Below are positions 22,135 to 33,792 of a DNA stretch of 64,000 bases, in pieces. The DNA comes from Blastocladiella emersonii ATCC 22665. Lineage: Eukaryota > Fungi > Blastocladiomycota. Where the stretch lies: contig JANHCV010000008.1 in assembly GCA_025594325.1 (NCBI GenBank), positions 1,178,001-1,242,000 on the forward strand, in the 5' to 3' direction. Position 1 is the first letter of the stretch; every line of letters begins with the position of its first letter. The position numbers and the translations under genes are program-made. The notes beneath the pieces were generated by a model. The model was not told the origin of the DNA. It did no database searches and saw only the letters and a list, made by a program, of their open reading frames with translations.

Positions 22135-23007
22135 TCGATCAAACATCTCCCCGCCTCGCTTTGTAAAATCAGCTTGCGGGACCTCGTCATGGACACCAGC
22201 ACGATCACGCATCTGGCACGCGGGCTCCACTTGGGTCTTGTCTCACTCCAACTCTCAGCTGTACGAATGAACGCTGACCCTTACCAATGCGCGGTGCTCA
22301 TGTCTCTTCTTCCACCCTCGCTTCAAATGCTCGACATTGACTTGCGTGGCGATAATAGGTCGGCCACGGACGTCATTGTAGACAACTTGCCCTCTTCTCT
22401 CCTCACGTTCCGCTTCTGGGGCGCACTCGATCCCTTGGACATACAGCTGCTCGCTCGTCGCATGCCGCCGGGTCTCACGCGCCTTGATCTGTACCATCGC
22501 GGACTCGTTGGTGACGACCTGGGCGAGCCCATGGGCAGTCTTCCGCCAACGCTTGAAATTCTCGAGCTCCGCTACGCGTTCGAGTTGAGCGACTACAACA
22601 TGGCTGTGCTCGCCACGAATTTCCCAGCGTCGCTTGTCGAACTTCGACTCCATCGCGGCCTTATGACTCGGGTCGGTATTCTCCACCTTGCCGCCCGCTT
22701 GACGTCGACGCGACTCAAGAAGCTTACCTTCGAGGCGGTCGCTGTTATTGACACGGACGTGGCTCTTGCGATCCTCGACAACCTTCCCGATGCGATGGAA
22801 CAGATTTGGTTCTTTTCGATTGCGCTTCACGACGCGTTCCTTCATGGAGTTGCTGAGCGTGTTGATGCAGGTCAGCGACTTCCGCCCGAAATCTATGGCG
22901 CTGGCGGCCAGTTCACGCAGGCAGGCATCGCGGAGCACCGGGCACAGGTGCCCGACTCGCCCGTCCACAGTGAGTACCTGACGCGTTCGTCCGTAGCCAA
23001 CCCCTGA
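22135..23007 (+). pseudogene. 5'-truncated RNI-like LRR paralog
   Basis: Open LRR frame (LPPSLQMLDIDL, MPPGLTRLDL, LPPTLEILEL, VALAILDNLP, HDAFLHGV) with no family N-terminus. It begins abruptly after an ACGCG-rich non-coding stretch. Confidence 0.65.
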
Positions 23008-24438
23008 CCTAGCGAATGGGTTGGCAGGTCGAGACGCGTCAGCTCGCTTAGCTTCCGAAATTTGGTCAAGCCAATAGAGACGATTTCGACGAAGCGAAAG
23101 CATGAAGATGGCGTCCCATCGCATGGTTGAGCATCTAATGCGCAAAATATAGTCAGGCAGGCTCGCGTGGTCGCCCTGGCCTCGCTACGGGTGTCCGAAG
23201 GATATGATCGGGCCACCGCACGACCCCGACACCACGGATCCATGTCCATGGCAATAAATAGCAGTTTGCATAGAGTTGCTTTCATGGGTCTGCATGGCAC
23301 GGAGGTGTAGGGGAGCTGAAGCGATCGCGTGCTCGCGGATGTCTCGCAAATCTCGGCTCGTTCGGGCATCGCGTGACCGGCGTGACCGGCCGAAACGCGA
23401 CGCGTCGGTTAAAATCGCGCGTTCCGACCCGCTCCGCCGACTTCGCCATCGCGATCTCGCCGACCGCGTTGGCCTCCTGGCGCGTTGCTATCCATCTCCC
23501 ACTACCCAGTTCGTGCAGCGGCATGTGGAACAAGAAGGACCGGTCAACCGGTTTACCCGACTCCGGCCTCCCCTGAGAAGCAGCCCTTGAGCGTGAATGA
23601 GCAGCCCGAGCGGTCGCCCACCTGGAGACGCGACGGCTGCGCCGCGTCGCGGGAGCGGGGTTCCCTTGGTCGTGAGAGCGCGAGTTTGGGTTGACCCAGT
23701 GGCTCGCTCTCTCGGCAGCATCGAGCGCCATGGATCTCGCCCCATGACATGTTGGAACGTGAAGCTTGACTTGTGTGGATGTGTGTGTCGGAGTGGGCGC
23801 AAGCGGCCCGGAGCGCGAACAAGGCCTGTCGCGCAACATCGTGCGACGCGCCTCCTGCAGGTTGAGTCGTTGAAGCCTCTTCTGGTCGTGATCATGGCGT
23901 CGCTTGCAGGCTCACCCGAGTGTCCCGTCCGACAGCATGTGCGCCGTGGTGGTCTTGATCGTGGTGGTCATGATCATAGTCGTCCTGATTGTGGTGGTGC
24001 TGATCGTCGTCTGTCGCCAAAAGGCCCGCGCTCGCGCCCGTCTTCACCGCGGACGCGTCGAGGATCGGAGTGGCCGCGCCACCCGGGTCACGAGACCTGA
24101 TTAATGACGGTGTAACGATGTGATCAGCTTGGGAGACTCGCGTGAGTGGCGCCAAATCTGCCTTCGCACACTTGTCGCCCGACAGAATCACGCACTCGGC
24201 AGTCCCGCGGGTCCACAAGTACTCGGCGCTCCCGCATCCCCTCTCTCATGCACCTCCAACTTCGACCCGGTCGCAAGATATCCCCCCTGATTGCGCCGTT
24301 CGCCCTCGAGCCCGCCGAATCACCCCCTGTCCCGCCGACAGCTGTTCCCCCTCACCGTTGCCACCAGTCGCAACCGCACCCGCCCTGATCGAGCACCTCC
24401 CGCCACACGACCGACTTCCGGTCCACTCGCGCCTCACC

Positions 24439-27400
24439 ATGGGCTTCTTCGGCAACCTCGCCGCCAAGGCGATATCCGCCGGGGCCGCCATGGTCACCTC
24501 GGCCGTCATCGGCGCGTTCGCCTTCAGCCTGCCCGAGTTCGACGCCACGACTATGTATACCTTCGCGCAGCAGCAGCAGTACGTGATCGAGAAGCCGATA
24601 TTGCGCGCACGTAGTCGGGTGGCACAGCACGCTCCCACGCGTCGCGTCGCGCGCCGCCGTGATCGCGATATTCCCCCACGATCCTCGTCGAGTCCTCACT
24701 GATAAAGCTCCGCACTCGCTGCAACATGTATCTAGGACTGCTCCCGTCACCGTCACCCCAGTCTCCGTTACCCCCGTCACTGTCCACGTTTCCGACGCCG
24801 GCTCGGCCCCGACCGGCAAGGTCGCCCAGCAGGCCACCGCTACCGGCACCATGTACGATCCGCCGCTGCTCACGCCTTGCCGACGTGGTCGTAACCATGC
24901 GCGTGCGACATGTAGTTCGGCTACCCCCGTCAAGTCCAGCACCGTCACCACTGTCAACTGCTCGTCGCCCGCGGCCGCTGAGCCCAAGCGCACGATCCCC
25001 GTCACCGACAACAAGATCCCCGTCACCGACTCGGCCGTTCTCGCTCGCACCCCGACTGGCTCGGCCGAGTGCTTCGTTTCCGCCGACCTGACGCGCGTCA
25101 CCCGCGTCGCCTCCGTCCCGTCCGACCCGACCAACAACACCGTTTCCGCGTCCGTCACCGACGGCCTCGAGGCTGCCCTTTGCCCCAAGTCCGACTGCGC
25201 CGCCGCTACGCGCGCCCTCGGCCATGGCCTGAACGAGCTCAAGACCTCGAGGTACGTGTCAGAACGGCTACGGGGTGATCTCGGATGCTGACTCGACTCA
25301 CGTTCGTGTAGCCCCAATACCCCGGCTCGCGGCCCTGATACCGCCATCGACAACCACGCCGGTCCTACGACATCGTGGTACGCGTCGTGCGTGTGCGTGG
25401 CGGGATCGCTCGCTGACTCGACTTGCGCCCGTGTAGCCCCGATACCCGCGGCCCTGCTACCGCCGACAAGAACCAGCTCGCTCTCGCGACCTCGTGGTAC
25501 GCGTCTCCACGGCGGCCCCCGCGCGTGGCCGCTCGCTGACGTAGCTCGGGTCCGTGTAGCCCTGATGCTACCGTCAACAACCACGCTGGTCCTTTGACCT
25601 CGCGGTACGGACCACGATGTGGGCGACATGGGTCGCTGGCTAACGCAGTTCGACTCTGCGTAGTCCCGGCGCTCCGGCTCGCATCGTCGCGACCACCGTC
25701 ACCGCTCAGCCTGAGCTCCCGACTTCGTCCGAGCTCAAGAATTCGAGGTACGCGTAGCCCTGCACGCATCGCTGGGTCGCTCGCTGACGCGACTCGAGTC
25801 CGTGTAGCCTCGATACCCCTGCACTCGTTCTCACCGACACCACCAAGAACCTCAACGATAACTCGGCTTCCCCGGCTCCCGTTGAGCCCGCCGCGCCCAA
25901 CACGGAGCGCCAAGTCAGCTCGCCTTCGGGCCTCGACTCTAAGGACGCCAACTCCCACGGGTACGCGATCATCGCTCGGCTCGAAACCATGTCCACTCAC
26001 ACGCCATTCTCTCAACGACTAGCGACAAGGCCAAGAAGACCAACGCGTTCCTCAACACGATCCGCTCCAAGCTGCTGCCCGCCGGCCCTCCTCGCGAGGC
26101 CTCGCCGGCCGCCGTGCCCCTGACTACCTGCTCGACCTCGGTCGCTCACCATGCACCCGCTGCTAACGCCGCGCCGCACGCGGTCGCGAGCAACTCGAAC
26201 ATCGCCGAACCTACCACCACGTATGCTCCATCGCGAATTCGCTCGCGCAAGTGTATCTGCGTGCTTACTCCCTCTCCCCGTCGTGTAGCAACAACAACCC
26301 CGTCTCGCTCCCCGCCACTGTCGCGGACTCGAACACGTCTGAACCAGCCCGTCTTCGCGTCGACGCTGACGGCCGTATCCAGCTTCCCGCCAACTACAAC
26401 CCGCTGATCCACGGGTACGCGTCATCGGTGTCCACTCGCCCGCTCGCACGGCCCACTAACCTCGCGTCGTGTAGCCACTACTGCGACCAGGACGCCGTGA
26501 GCTTCATCGGCTCGCTCAACGGTCCGCCCGGCCGCCGCTACGGCAACTGGCTCGAGGACATCAAGTCCGACGCCGACTCGATCCTGCCGACGCCCGCGTA
26601 CGAGCGCGACGCGAAACGCCGCGCCGATGCGTACGCCACCCGCCGCAAGCTGACCGCGGTCGAGGACGCGCTCGCGCGCCGCGCCGACACCATGAACAAG
26701 AAGTTCTTCGGCGGCGAGCCGCGCGCGGAGCGCGGCCACAACTCGTTCAACCCGAAGCGGGTCCCGACCATGGAGCAGACGTCCGACAACTGGCAGCGCG
26801 GCAACCGCAGCAAGGGCTTTATCACGGTGCGCGAGCGCCTCGTCCTGGGATCCTTTGAGGGCGACCTGCAGGCGTGCCCGGGCACCTCGGGCCGGCGCGG
26901 GTACACGATCCAGCAGCAGTTTGACAAGGGCAAGATCGGCCAGCTGCGCGTCGAGCGCGACGGCGACCCGGACTGGTACGCCGATGTCCTCGAGGCCGTC
27001 GAAGCGATCACCAACAAGTACGCGCCCATGGTCGGCGGCGAGGAGATGATCACGCACGGCTCTCTCATGGACTTTCTCGGCGTGGTCCTGCGCACGTCGT
27101 CGGGCGGCCCGCTCATCTCGGTCACGGCGCTCGCGGCCATCGTCAAGCTCGTTAACAAGTACCCCGTGGTGCGCGACTACTTTGCGCACGCGCCCGGGTC
27201 CGTGTCCACGTCCAAGGGCTCGTCCGAGGAGCGCGCCGCGTGCCGTGCCATGATCAAGTCGGACATGGCCGACCTCGACGCCAAGCTCGGCAAGCTCTTC
27301 AGCAAGACCAAGCATTTCGCGACGGCGCAGGTCGCCGAAGACGCGCTCGTCTACCTCCAGTACCTCGCGCGCATCACCAAGCAGCTCAAAGTCCACGCGG

Positions 27401-27585
27401 TCCAGAGCAAGCTCGAGGCCGTGACGGGCGCCATGGCGGCGACCGCGATCCTGCACATGGCGCGCATCGACCCGCACAACAAGGCAAGTCTCAAGGAGCA
27501 CGGCCTGTCCGCGGGGTTCGGCCGCGAGGCCGTGGCCGCGGTGCAGTACCTGCTCGAGTACACGAAGCGCACCGTGAAGCAGTAG
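24439..27585 (+). CDS. 811-aa hypothetical protein: hydrophobic N-terminus, T/S/P/A-rich modular stalk, ~370-aa unrecognised C-terminal domain; 11 exons
   Basis: Introns 24579-24735, 24853-24915, 25252-25311, 25378-25436, 25497-25559, 25605-25663, 25748-25807, 25961-26022, 26221-26288 and 26415-26474, all GTA(C/T)G...TAG. The spliced CDS is 2436 nt and open to the stop at 27585. Confidence 0.8.
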
Positions 27586-27684
27586 AAGTAGTTTGATTTG
27601 AAGAGTACCGTACAAATAATAGATCTCAATTTTTCTAACCCGACCGTGAAGGCTGCTAACATCTCTTGAATTGAGGCACGCATT

Positions 27685-29131
27685 CTACTCGCCGCGCGCC
27701 CATCCGAAGTTCACCGAGGCCCGAAACCCCTCGCGCCACACGTCTCGGACCGCCTCGAGCGCCCAGTCCGCTCGACCGAGCGGCAACGCGATAAGCGCGG
27801 CGAGTAGCTCGACACACTCCTCGGCCTGGTCCCGGTCCGTGGCGCGGTGCAGCCAGCGTGCTCGCTCGTCCAGCCTGCACCGCAAGCGCTGCATAGAGTA
27901 GATCAGGTCGTTCGGGGAACACTGCGCGCGCCAGACGTCGCGCGGGACGGAAATTGATCCGACGTGAAGCCCAGCGGCAAAGATGGTCCCGTGGGACCGA
28001 GCGCGGCGCAGCTTGCGGCAATCTTCGGCCGCGTGCGAGACGGATCCCGGTCGCTCGCGCACGATCGACGCGCAGAACGCGCACGGGACTCCAGTTGCGG
28101 CACTGCCACTGCGACGCGGGATCGCGGCAACGTTCGCCGTTGGTCGGGTTTGGGTTTAGTTCAAGGCAGTGGGGGAAGCCAGACAGGCGGCAACGTCCGC
28201 AAACTTCTTGGACGGCTCGGAGATGAGAGTGAGGACCGAGTCGGGCGTCCTGCCGCCAAACGCCTCGTGGACCTTGTTTGAGAGCACCTGCTTGACCTGG
28301 CGCTCGCTCGTGATCACGGGGTTCTCGATACCGATCGCCTCGAAGAGAACTGCGCGGAAATCTGCAATGAACTCGGTCACGGTGCCGCCGGGTCTCGCGC
28401 GCAGCCCTTTGGAACGCTGGACCCGGTCGAGGTTTCAGTTTGGGTCCGCCGCGTTCAAAAACACTTGCCGCGCCTGGGCATCGGACGCCGTCTCGCGCTC
28501 AGGAACAAGGCGTACAGGTTGAACATGGGTTTCGGGCCAGGTACACGGCTTGGGTCAGGGGGATGGAGCGTGCGACTCGGCGCAGCTGCTCGAGAAAGTC
28601 GGTGGCGTCTTTCGCGACCCGCATGCGCGCCGGTCCGGTGATCCCGAGCAGCGGCGCCTGCTCGCGGATCTCTTTGAAGAAGCCCGACGCGTACGAGATC
28701 CGGTTTCTGCCTGAGGGCAGTTTGAAGTCTCGCCGTGGAGCGACCTGCCGGGAGGTATGTTCGAGCAGTGCGGGCTGGCATACCGGCTTTGAGCGCAAAA
28801 GTGCGAGACGCTGCTCGATTGCCAGCGACAGCGCCTCGAGCTCGTGAAGGAGAGATGTGAGCTCCGCCGCCCGCTGCCGCGCCAGCTCGGCGGTCTGGTC
28901 GGGCGAGCCGTGCTTGACGCTATGCTCAAGCGAGAGACGAATCAAGCAGATCCGGGTATTCATCAGCTGAACAGTGACGGCTTCCAGCAGCTGGGAAAGG
29001 TCCGTTCCGCTGGTCGGAAGCTCCCCGAGTTTTGCGAAGCTGGCGAGTGCCGGCCACAACCCACCTTCCACGCGCGACAGGAGAGTGAATAGCTTTGTAG
29101 GTTCGTTGCATGGAGTGTACATAGATTTCAT
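27685..29131 (-). mobile_element. Degenerate retroelement gag-like remnant with zinc knuckle
   Basis: Fragments read ...PGGTVTEFIADFRAVLFE... (gag-like) and then CAFCASIVRERPGSVSHAAEDC (CCHC-like), broken by stops and frameshifts. No LTR or RT is visible. Confidence 0.4.
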
Positions 29132-29617
29132 GGCGCGGAGAGTGGTGTTGAGGTTCGTTGATAGGAGCGCGCGTCCTGTCGTCGCTCCTCAGCCACAGCG
29201 AGGCACATCACACCGAGCTCACATGATATCGAAGCGCGTCGAGGCGGCACATTGTAAGACCTCGGAGACCGCTTAGCCGTGAGATCCAGCGACTTAGAGT
29301 CACCGACTAGACCGGCGGGTTCCCCGTGATAAAGCTGTGAGGTCCTTTTTCCTATGAAGGTCGTGACGGACACCAACCTCAATAACCTCAATGTTCGAGT
29401 TGCCCCGACGATACCTCTGCGTTTATCCATTAAAAGTTGATCTGGTTAACGTAAGTCCGGGGCTTGCGAGGTGCGGGCTCGGGACCCGAGCGACGCGTCG
29501 AAATATCACGTCCTGATCACGCGATCGCATTTTGCGGCGCACCACTTGCGATGTCGCAAGCGCCGCCCAAACGTCCTCGCTCCTCCTTCGCAACACCGAA
29601 CCATATTCAACGACACC

Positions 29618-31323
29618 ATGAAACTTGATGCAACGCTTGTCCTCGAGGACATACTCGTCCGCGCTGTTTATCTCCACGACCCGGCCGACCGCGACGGCTG
29701 GCGCAATACGCCCGGGTCCTTCTCCGCCGCGACGTTCCTCGCGTGTTTCCCGCCATTCTTGCCCATGTCACGGACAGCTTCCCAATAATGGAAGCGACCA
29801 CGAATGGCCACATCTTTGCGCTCAGCATGTGGATCTTGAAGGGCCTGCCGATTCATGACCACAAATTCCTGCTTAGGGAAGCCATTCTCGTAAAGCGCAT
29901 TGAAGTGATTGACTGGTGGCGCAGCTTGGGCTTCTCGTTCAACGATCTCGGCAACGTGAGCGAGTACCAGAAGTTGCTTAGAGTCCTCTTGGACGCGAAC
30001 CCGCCCTGGTTGGACCAGGTCCAGCCCAGCCGCAACTCTGTACGTTTGCTAAGAGCTTCTTGCGCTTCAAATTGGCTAATGAGTTAAATGGACTAGGACG
30101 ACACGGAGCTTACACTTGGCGACCACTACGCCAGGCGCTTGAGCGAGGAAATTGCCTCGGGCGCGCTCACCCGCTTGGTCATCTCCGATGTTCACTTTAC
30201 GGACCTGTCCGCCGGTCTTTTGGCCAAAGCACTCGCCAGTCCGGCTCAGCGGGTCGAGGCGATCGAAATCATTGGGTCTTACCTCTCCTTTTCCAATCTT
30301 ACGCAAATTCTTACGTCAAGTACGGCGAGTTCGATCAAAATCGATTCACTCTACTTGAACGACGACTTTCGTTCCAACACCGTTGCTCCATCTCTTTGGC
30401 TGCCCGACACCGTCACAGAGCTCAACCATCAGCGCATTTCCCGGGAAGTTCACGCGTGGTCACTGCCATCTTCTCACTTTTACTTTGGCATGCCTGCCTC
30501 GCTTCGCTGGCTCACTGTGTCGTATTACGGGTACGAGTACTTCATGTTCACTCACATGGCGAATGGACTGCCCCGTGGACTTGTCTCGTTTAATCTGGAC
30601 TCACCCAGAATCAATGAAGAGGAGGGCGTCTTGATTATGTCGTCCTTACCGCCAACGATCCAGGAGCTCACGCTCCACCTATCTTCGACAGACGAGTGGG
30701 TCACGCTTGCCATTCTTGAGAAGCTTCCGCCTGGGCTCCAGAAGCTGGATCTTAGCAGTTGTTTTGACGGCGAATGCACCCGTCTTCTTGCCGCTCAGAT
30801 GCCGCTGGGATTGACGCACCTCCAACTGTTCGAAGACTACCCGGACGAGGAAGATAACGACGACATTTACGAACTCGTGTGCAATCTGCCGTCTACACTT
30901 GAAGTTCTTGCGCTTCGCGGTGGCTTCGTCGTGAGTGGCCGGTGTGTCGCTGCGCTTGCACAAACTTTTCCGCCGTCGCTGCTCACGCTCGACCTGAGCG
31001 GTGCATTCATCGCACGAGCTGATCTTCTGCAGCTCGCCGCACGGGTTTCGTCGACGCGTCTCAAGGAGTTGCGCTATGGCAGCATCAATGCGCTCGATAC
31101 GGAAACAGCACTCTCGGTCCTCGACCAGCTGTCCGGCTCGCTCGAGTTGCTGGGCTTCACCTCCCTGCGACTCAACGACGCGTTTTTGGTCGGTCTCAGC
31201 CAGCGGATCGCCGCGGGGCGTCGGTTTCCTGCAATCCTCGCTTACCAAGGCGTGTTCTCGCAACAGGCCCTTGCGGAGCACCAGGGCTTGATTTCGCCCC
31301 GTGGACCCCTGAGGTTCGTATAA
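29618..31323 (+). pseudogene. Ankyrin-like + RNI-like LRR family gene (MKLDATLVLEDIL...), intron 30040-30096, one frameshift near 29697
   Basis: Correcting one base gives LAQYARVLLRRDVPRVFPAIL...EATTNGHIFALSMW...IDWW, colinear with the 59505 paralog, followed by a 408-codon LRR exon. Confidence 0.7.
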
Positions 31324-32756
31324 TAAATCCTGTGCGCCATCTTCTTCAATCAACCAACTGGGTGAGAGCATGAATGAAGTGAGCGATTTCGGCCCGTGGA
31401 CCAACCGTGAGGGAGAAACGCGTCGCGATCGCCTTGCACAGCGCACGCGCCAGCGCCAGCGTCATGCACCGCGACCCGAAATTCCGCGCGCGTGCCCGAC
31501 TTTGGTTGGCTCTGCGCAGACGCGACCAGCTCCCTGCCCGTTTTGGGCCAGATGGGTGCCCACGTGAACTTTTCAGTGTGTGTGTCATCGGCGCTCCTCG
31601 CGTCGCGCCACGCGCGTCCGAGCCACAGCGGCTGGCTCGAGCGCGCACTGCGAGACGCACTGGTCACGCGCACCTCGGGAAAGGGGTGCACCCCTGCCCG
31701 GGACTCGCTGGCACGCCAGCTTCCACTCAGCGCTCGCGATCAGCGCCCTCAGTCGCGAGTCAGGTTGGTGTCACGCGAGTGCATGATAGTCTGCTTGGCC
31801 GCGCTCCGGCGGGCGCCAGCCTATCAACCGCTCCGCTCAATGTGCGCGCATCCACAACCTATCCTCGTATCCGTGATCGGTGCCTCAGAGACCACGGGCT
31901 CCAAGCCCGTGGTCGGACGGACCGTTGCACGCGCGTCGCGTAGAGCCTGCTCAGTTCCGCGCGCGGCGCGACCTGCAACACCGTGTGCTGCGCACGGGAG
32001 AGTGGTCCGTACACAAGTCCGCGCGTGTTTGGCGAGCGTCGACGCGCTGGTCGCCACATCAACCGCGTGAGCTCCGATGAGGACGCGCGCTCGTTCGTAA
32101 AGATCCAGACGCGCGGGCGCAGAGGCAGCAACGCGTCCGCGCACGTTTCACCAGGACCTCGTTGGCACTGCGCGCACTCATAACGCGCGACATGGGATCG
32201 CGCTCGCGTTGGAGGAGTTAATCATGCGTGCGGAGCCCGTGTGGCAGAGGCGCACGACGATGCGCAGGCGGATGCCAGTCTGCGGTAGACCAGCATCAGA
32301 CGCGTGTTCCCTGACGCGCGGGGCGCGAGCGAGCGAGACGCGTGCGAGCAAGAGTGCGAGCTCGTGTGGGTCGAGAGCACAGCGATGGGTGACGCCACGA
32401 CGCGTAAGGAGGGCGGGGCAACGCCCTCGCGTCGCTCAAAGTGGGTTCAGAGCCTCATGCTCCCCGATCCACGCGATCACGGCGAGGAGCAGCGGGTCGC
32501 TGGAGCGATGCGACGGTGGCGCGTGGCGGGACGGAAGTCGAGCGGGATACCCACGAGGTACGTCACGGTCGCGAGGAACATGGCACACGAGCCGCGGGTA
32601 GCGCGACGCGAAGTGGCAACGGCGGTCGACGCGGCCCGCAGGTCGCATGACGCGAGCCGGGTGAACCAGGAGGAGACGTTGGGAGTGGAACAGCTAAAAA
32701 CGGGTGTATGATGCGGTGACGAGAGGTAGATGTAGAGAGGGCAGATGCGCGCGCGA

Positions 32757-33113
32757 TTAGGCGGCGGCGGGCTTCTTCTTCTTGCCGCCGGCAGTCGCGA
32801 CACCGAGGCCGGAGACGAGGTCCTGGAGCCCGCCGGCGGGTGCAGTAGTGGCGAACGATCCCCAAGCGTCGTTGCTGGCCATGCCGAACTTTTCGTTGAA
32901 TCGGGCGAGGCGGCCGCTGTCGTCGTCGATGGCGTCGGTGCCGGTGGCGGACCAGAGCGGGTTGTTGTAGGAGTCGCGGGACAGCTTGAGGTAGGGCCGC
33001 GGCGAGACGGTGCGCAGGGAGATGACGGCGCCGTTGGTCAGCTCGACGGTCATGCGGTTGAGCGCCGGGACCACGGTGCGCGCCACGTGCGAGATTTTGC
33101 TCGGGGTGCTCAT
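32757..33113 (-). CDS. MRPL36: Mitochondrial ribosomal protein bL31m (yeast MrpL36-like)
   Basis: MTVELTNGAVISLRTVSPRPYLKLSRDSYNNPLWS...DSGRLARFNEKFG matches the L31/MrpL36 pattern; basic tail. Confidence 0.75.
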   Translation of the reverse strand: MSTPSKISHVARTVVPALNRMTVELTNGAVISLRTVSPRPYLKLSRDSYNNPLWSATGTDAIDDDSGRLARFNEKFGMASNDAWGSFATTAPAGGLQDLVSGLGVATAGGKKKKPAAA

Positions 33114-33792
33114 TGCGTCGCGTTGCGGGTAGTTTGGGTTCTTTAGCTTCGTGGTATCGCGGGTCGCGAGGTTGTGGGGTGTGGAGAGCGGTGATCGGCT
33201 CGCGAAGAGAAGCGGCGGTGTTGCGGCTATTCCGCGTCACGTGAGCTATCCAGATGGCCTTGGTTAATCGCAGATGGGTCGAATGACCCTGATGATTAGC
33301 CACAATAGTCGTAGAGCTTATAGAGATGCTCTGACGACTCTAAAGGATATTTGCGCGTCTGAGGCGATGGAAGCACGCAACCGAACGCGCGACCCGCGTC
33401 ATGCGTGGCGTGCTCTCTTCCCCCACCTCGCAACCCTCCCCCCTCGCCTCGCCTCCTCTCGCGGGAAGGGACACCGACTCTGTGCAATGAATCTCGCGAC
33501 CGCAACGAAACGCGAGCGCGCTCCCACGCCGTGATCATGATGAGGGGACGGGGCGGCAACGCGGGCCCGCGGCGCGCCACTGCCGCGTGAGCGCTCTCCG
33601 CCGCTGCTGGCTGCTGACTGGCCGCCCACGCCGCTCGGCTCTCCGTCCGGCTATTCTCGACCTGCAGCCCTCGCATGCGCGTGTGCCCCGGGATTCGCGT
33701 CTGGAGGGGACGTGGGGGTTGTCGCGTTCCCCGCTCTCCTCCTCTCGCTTCCCACCACTTCATCGCTACCCTTGCACATCACCTACACGACC

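Noticed and set aside
24352-25629. 425-aa minus-strand ORF and other ORFs over the repeat-exon gene
   Set aside because: The plus-strand 11-exon model with canonical splice signals explains the region in one open frame.
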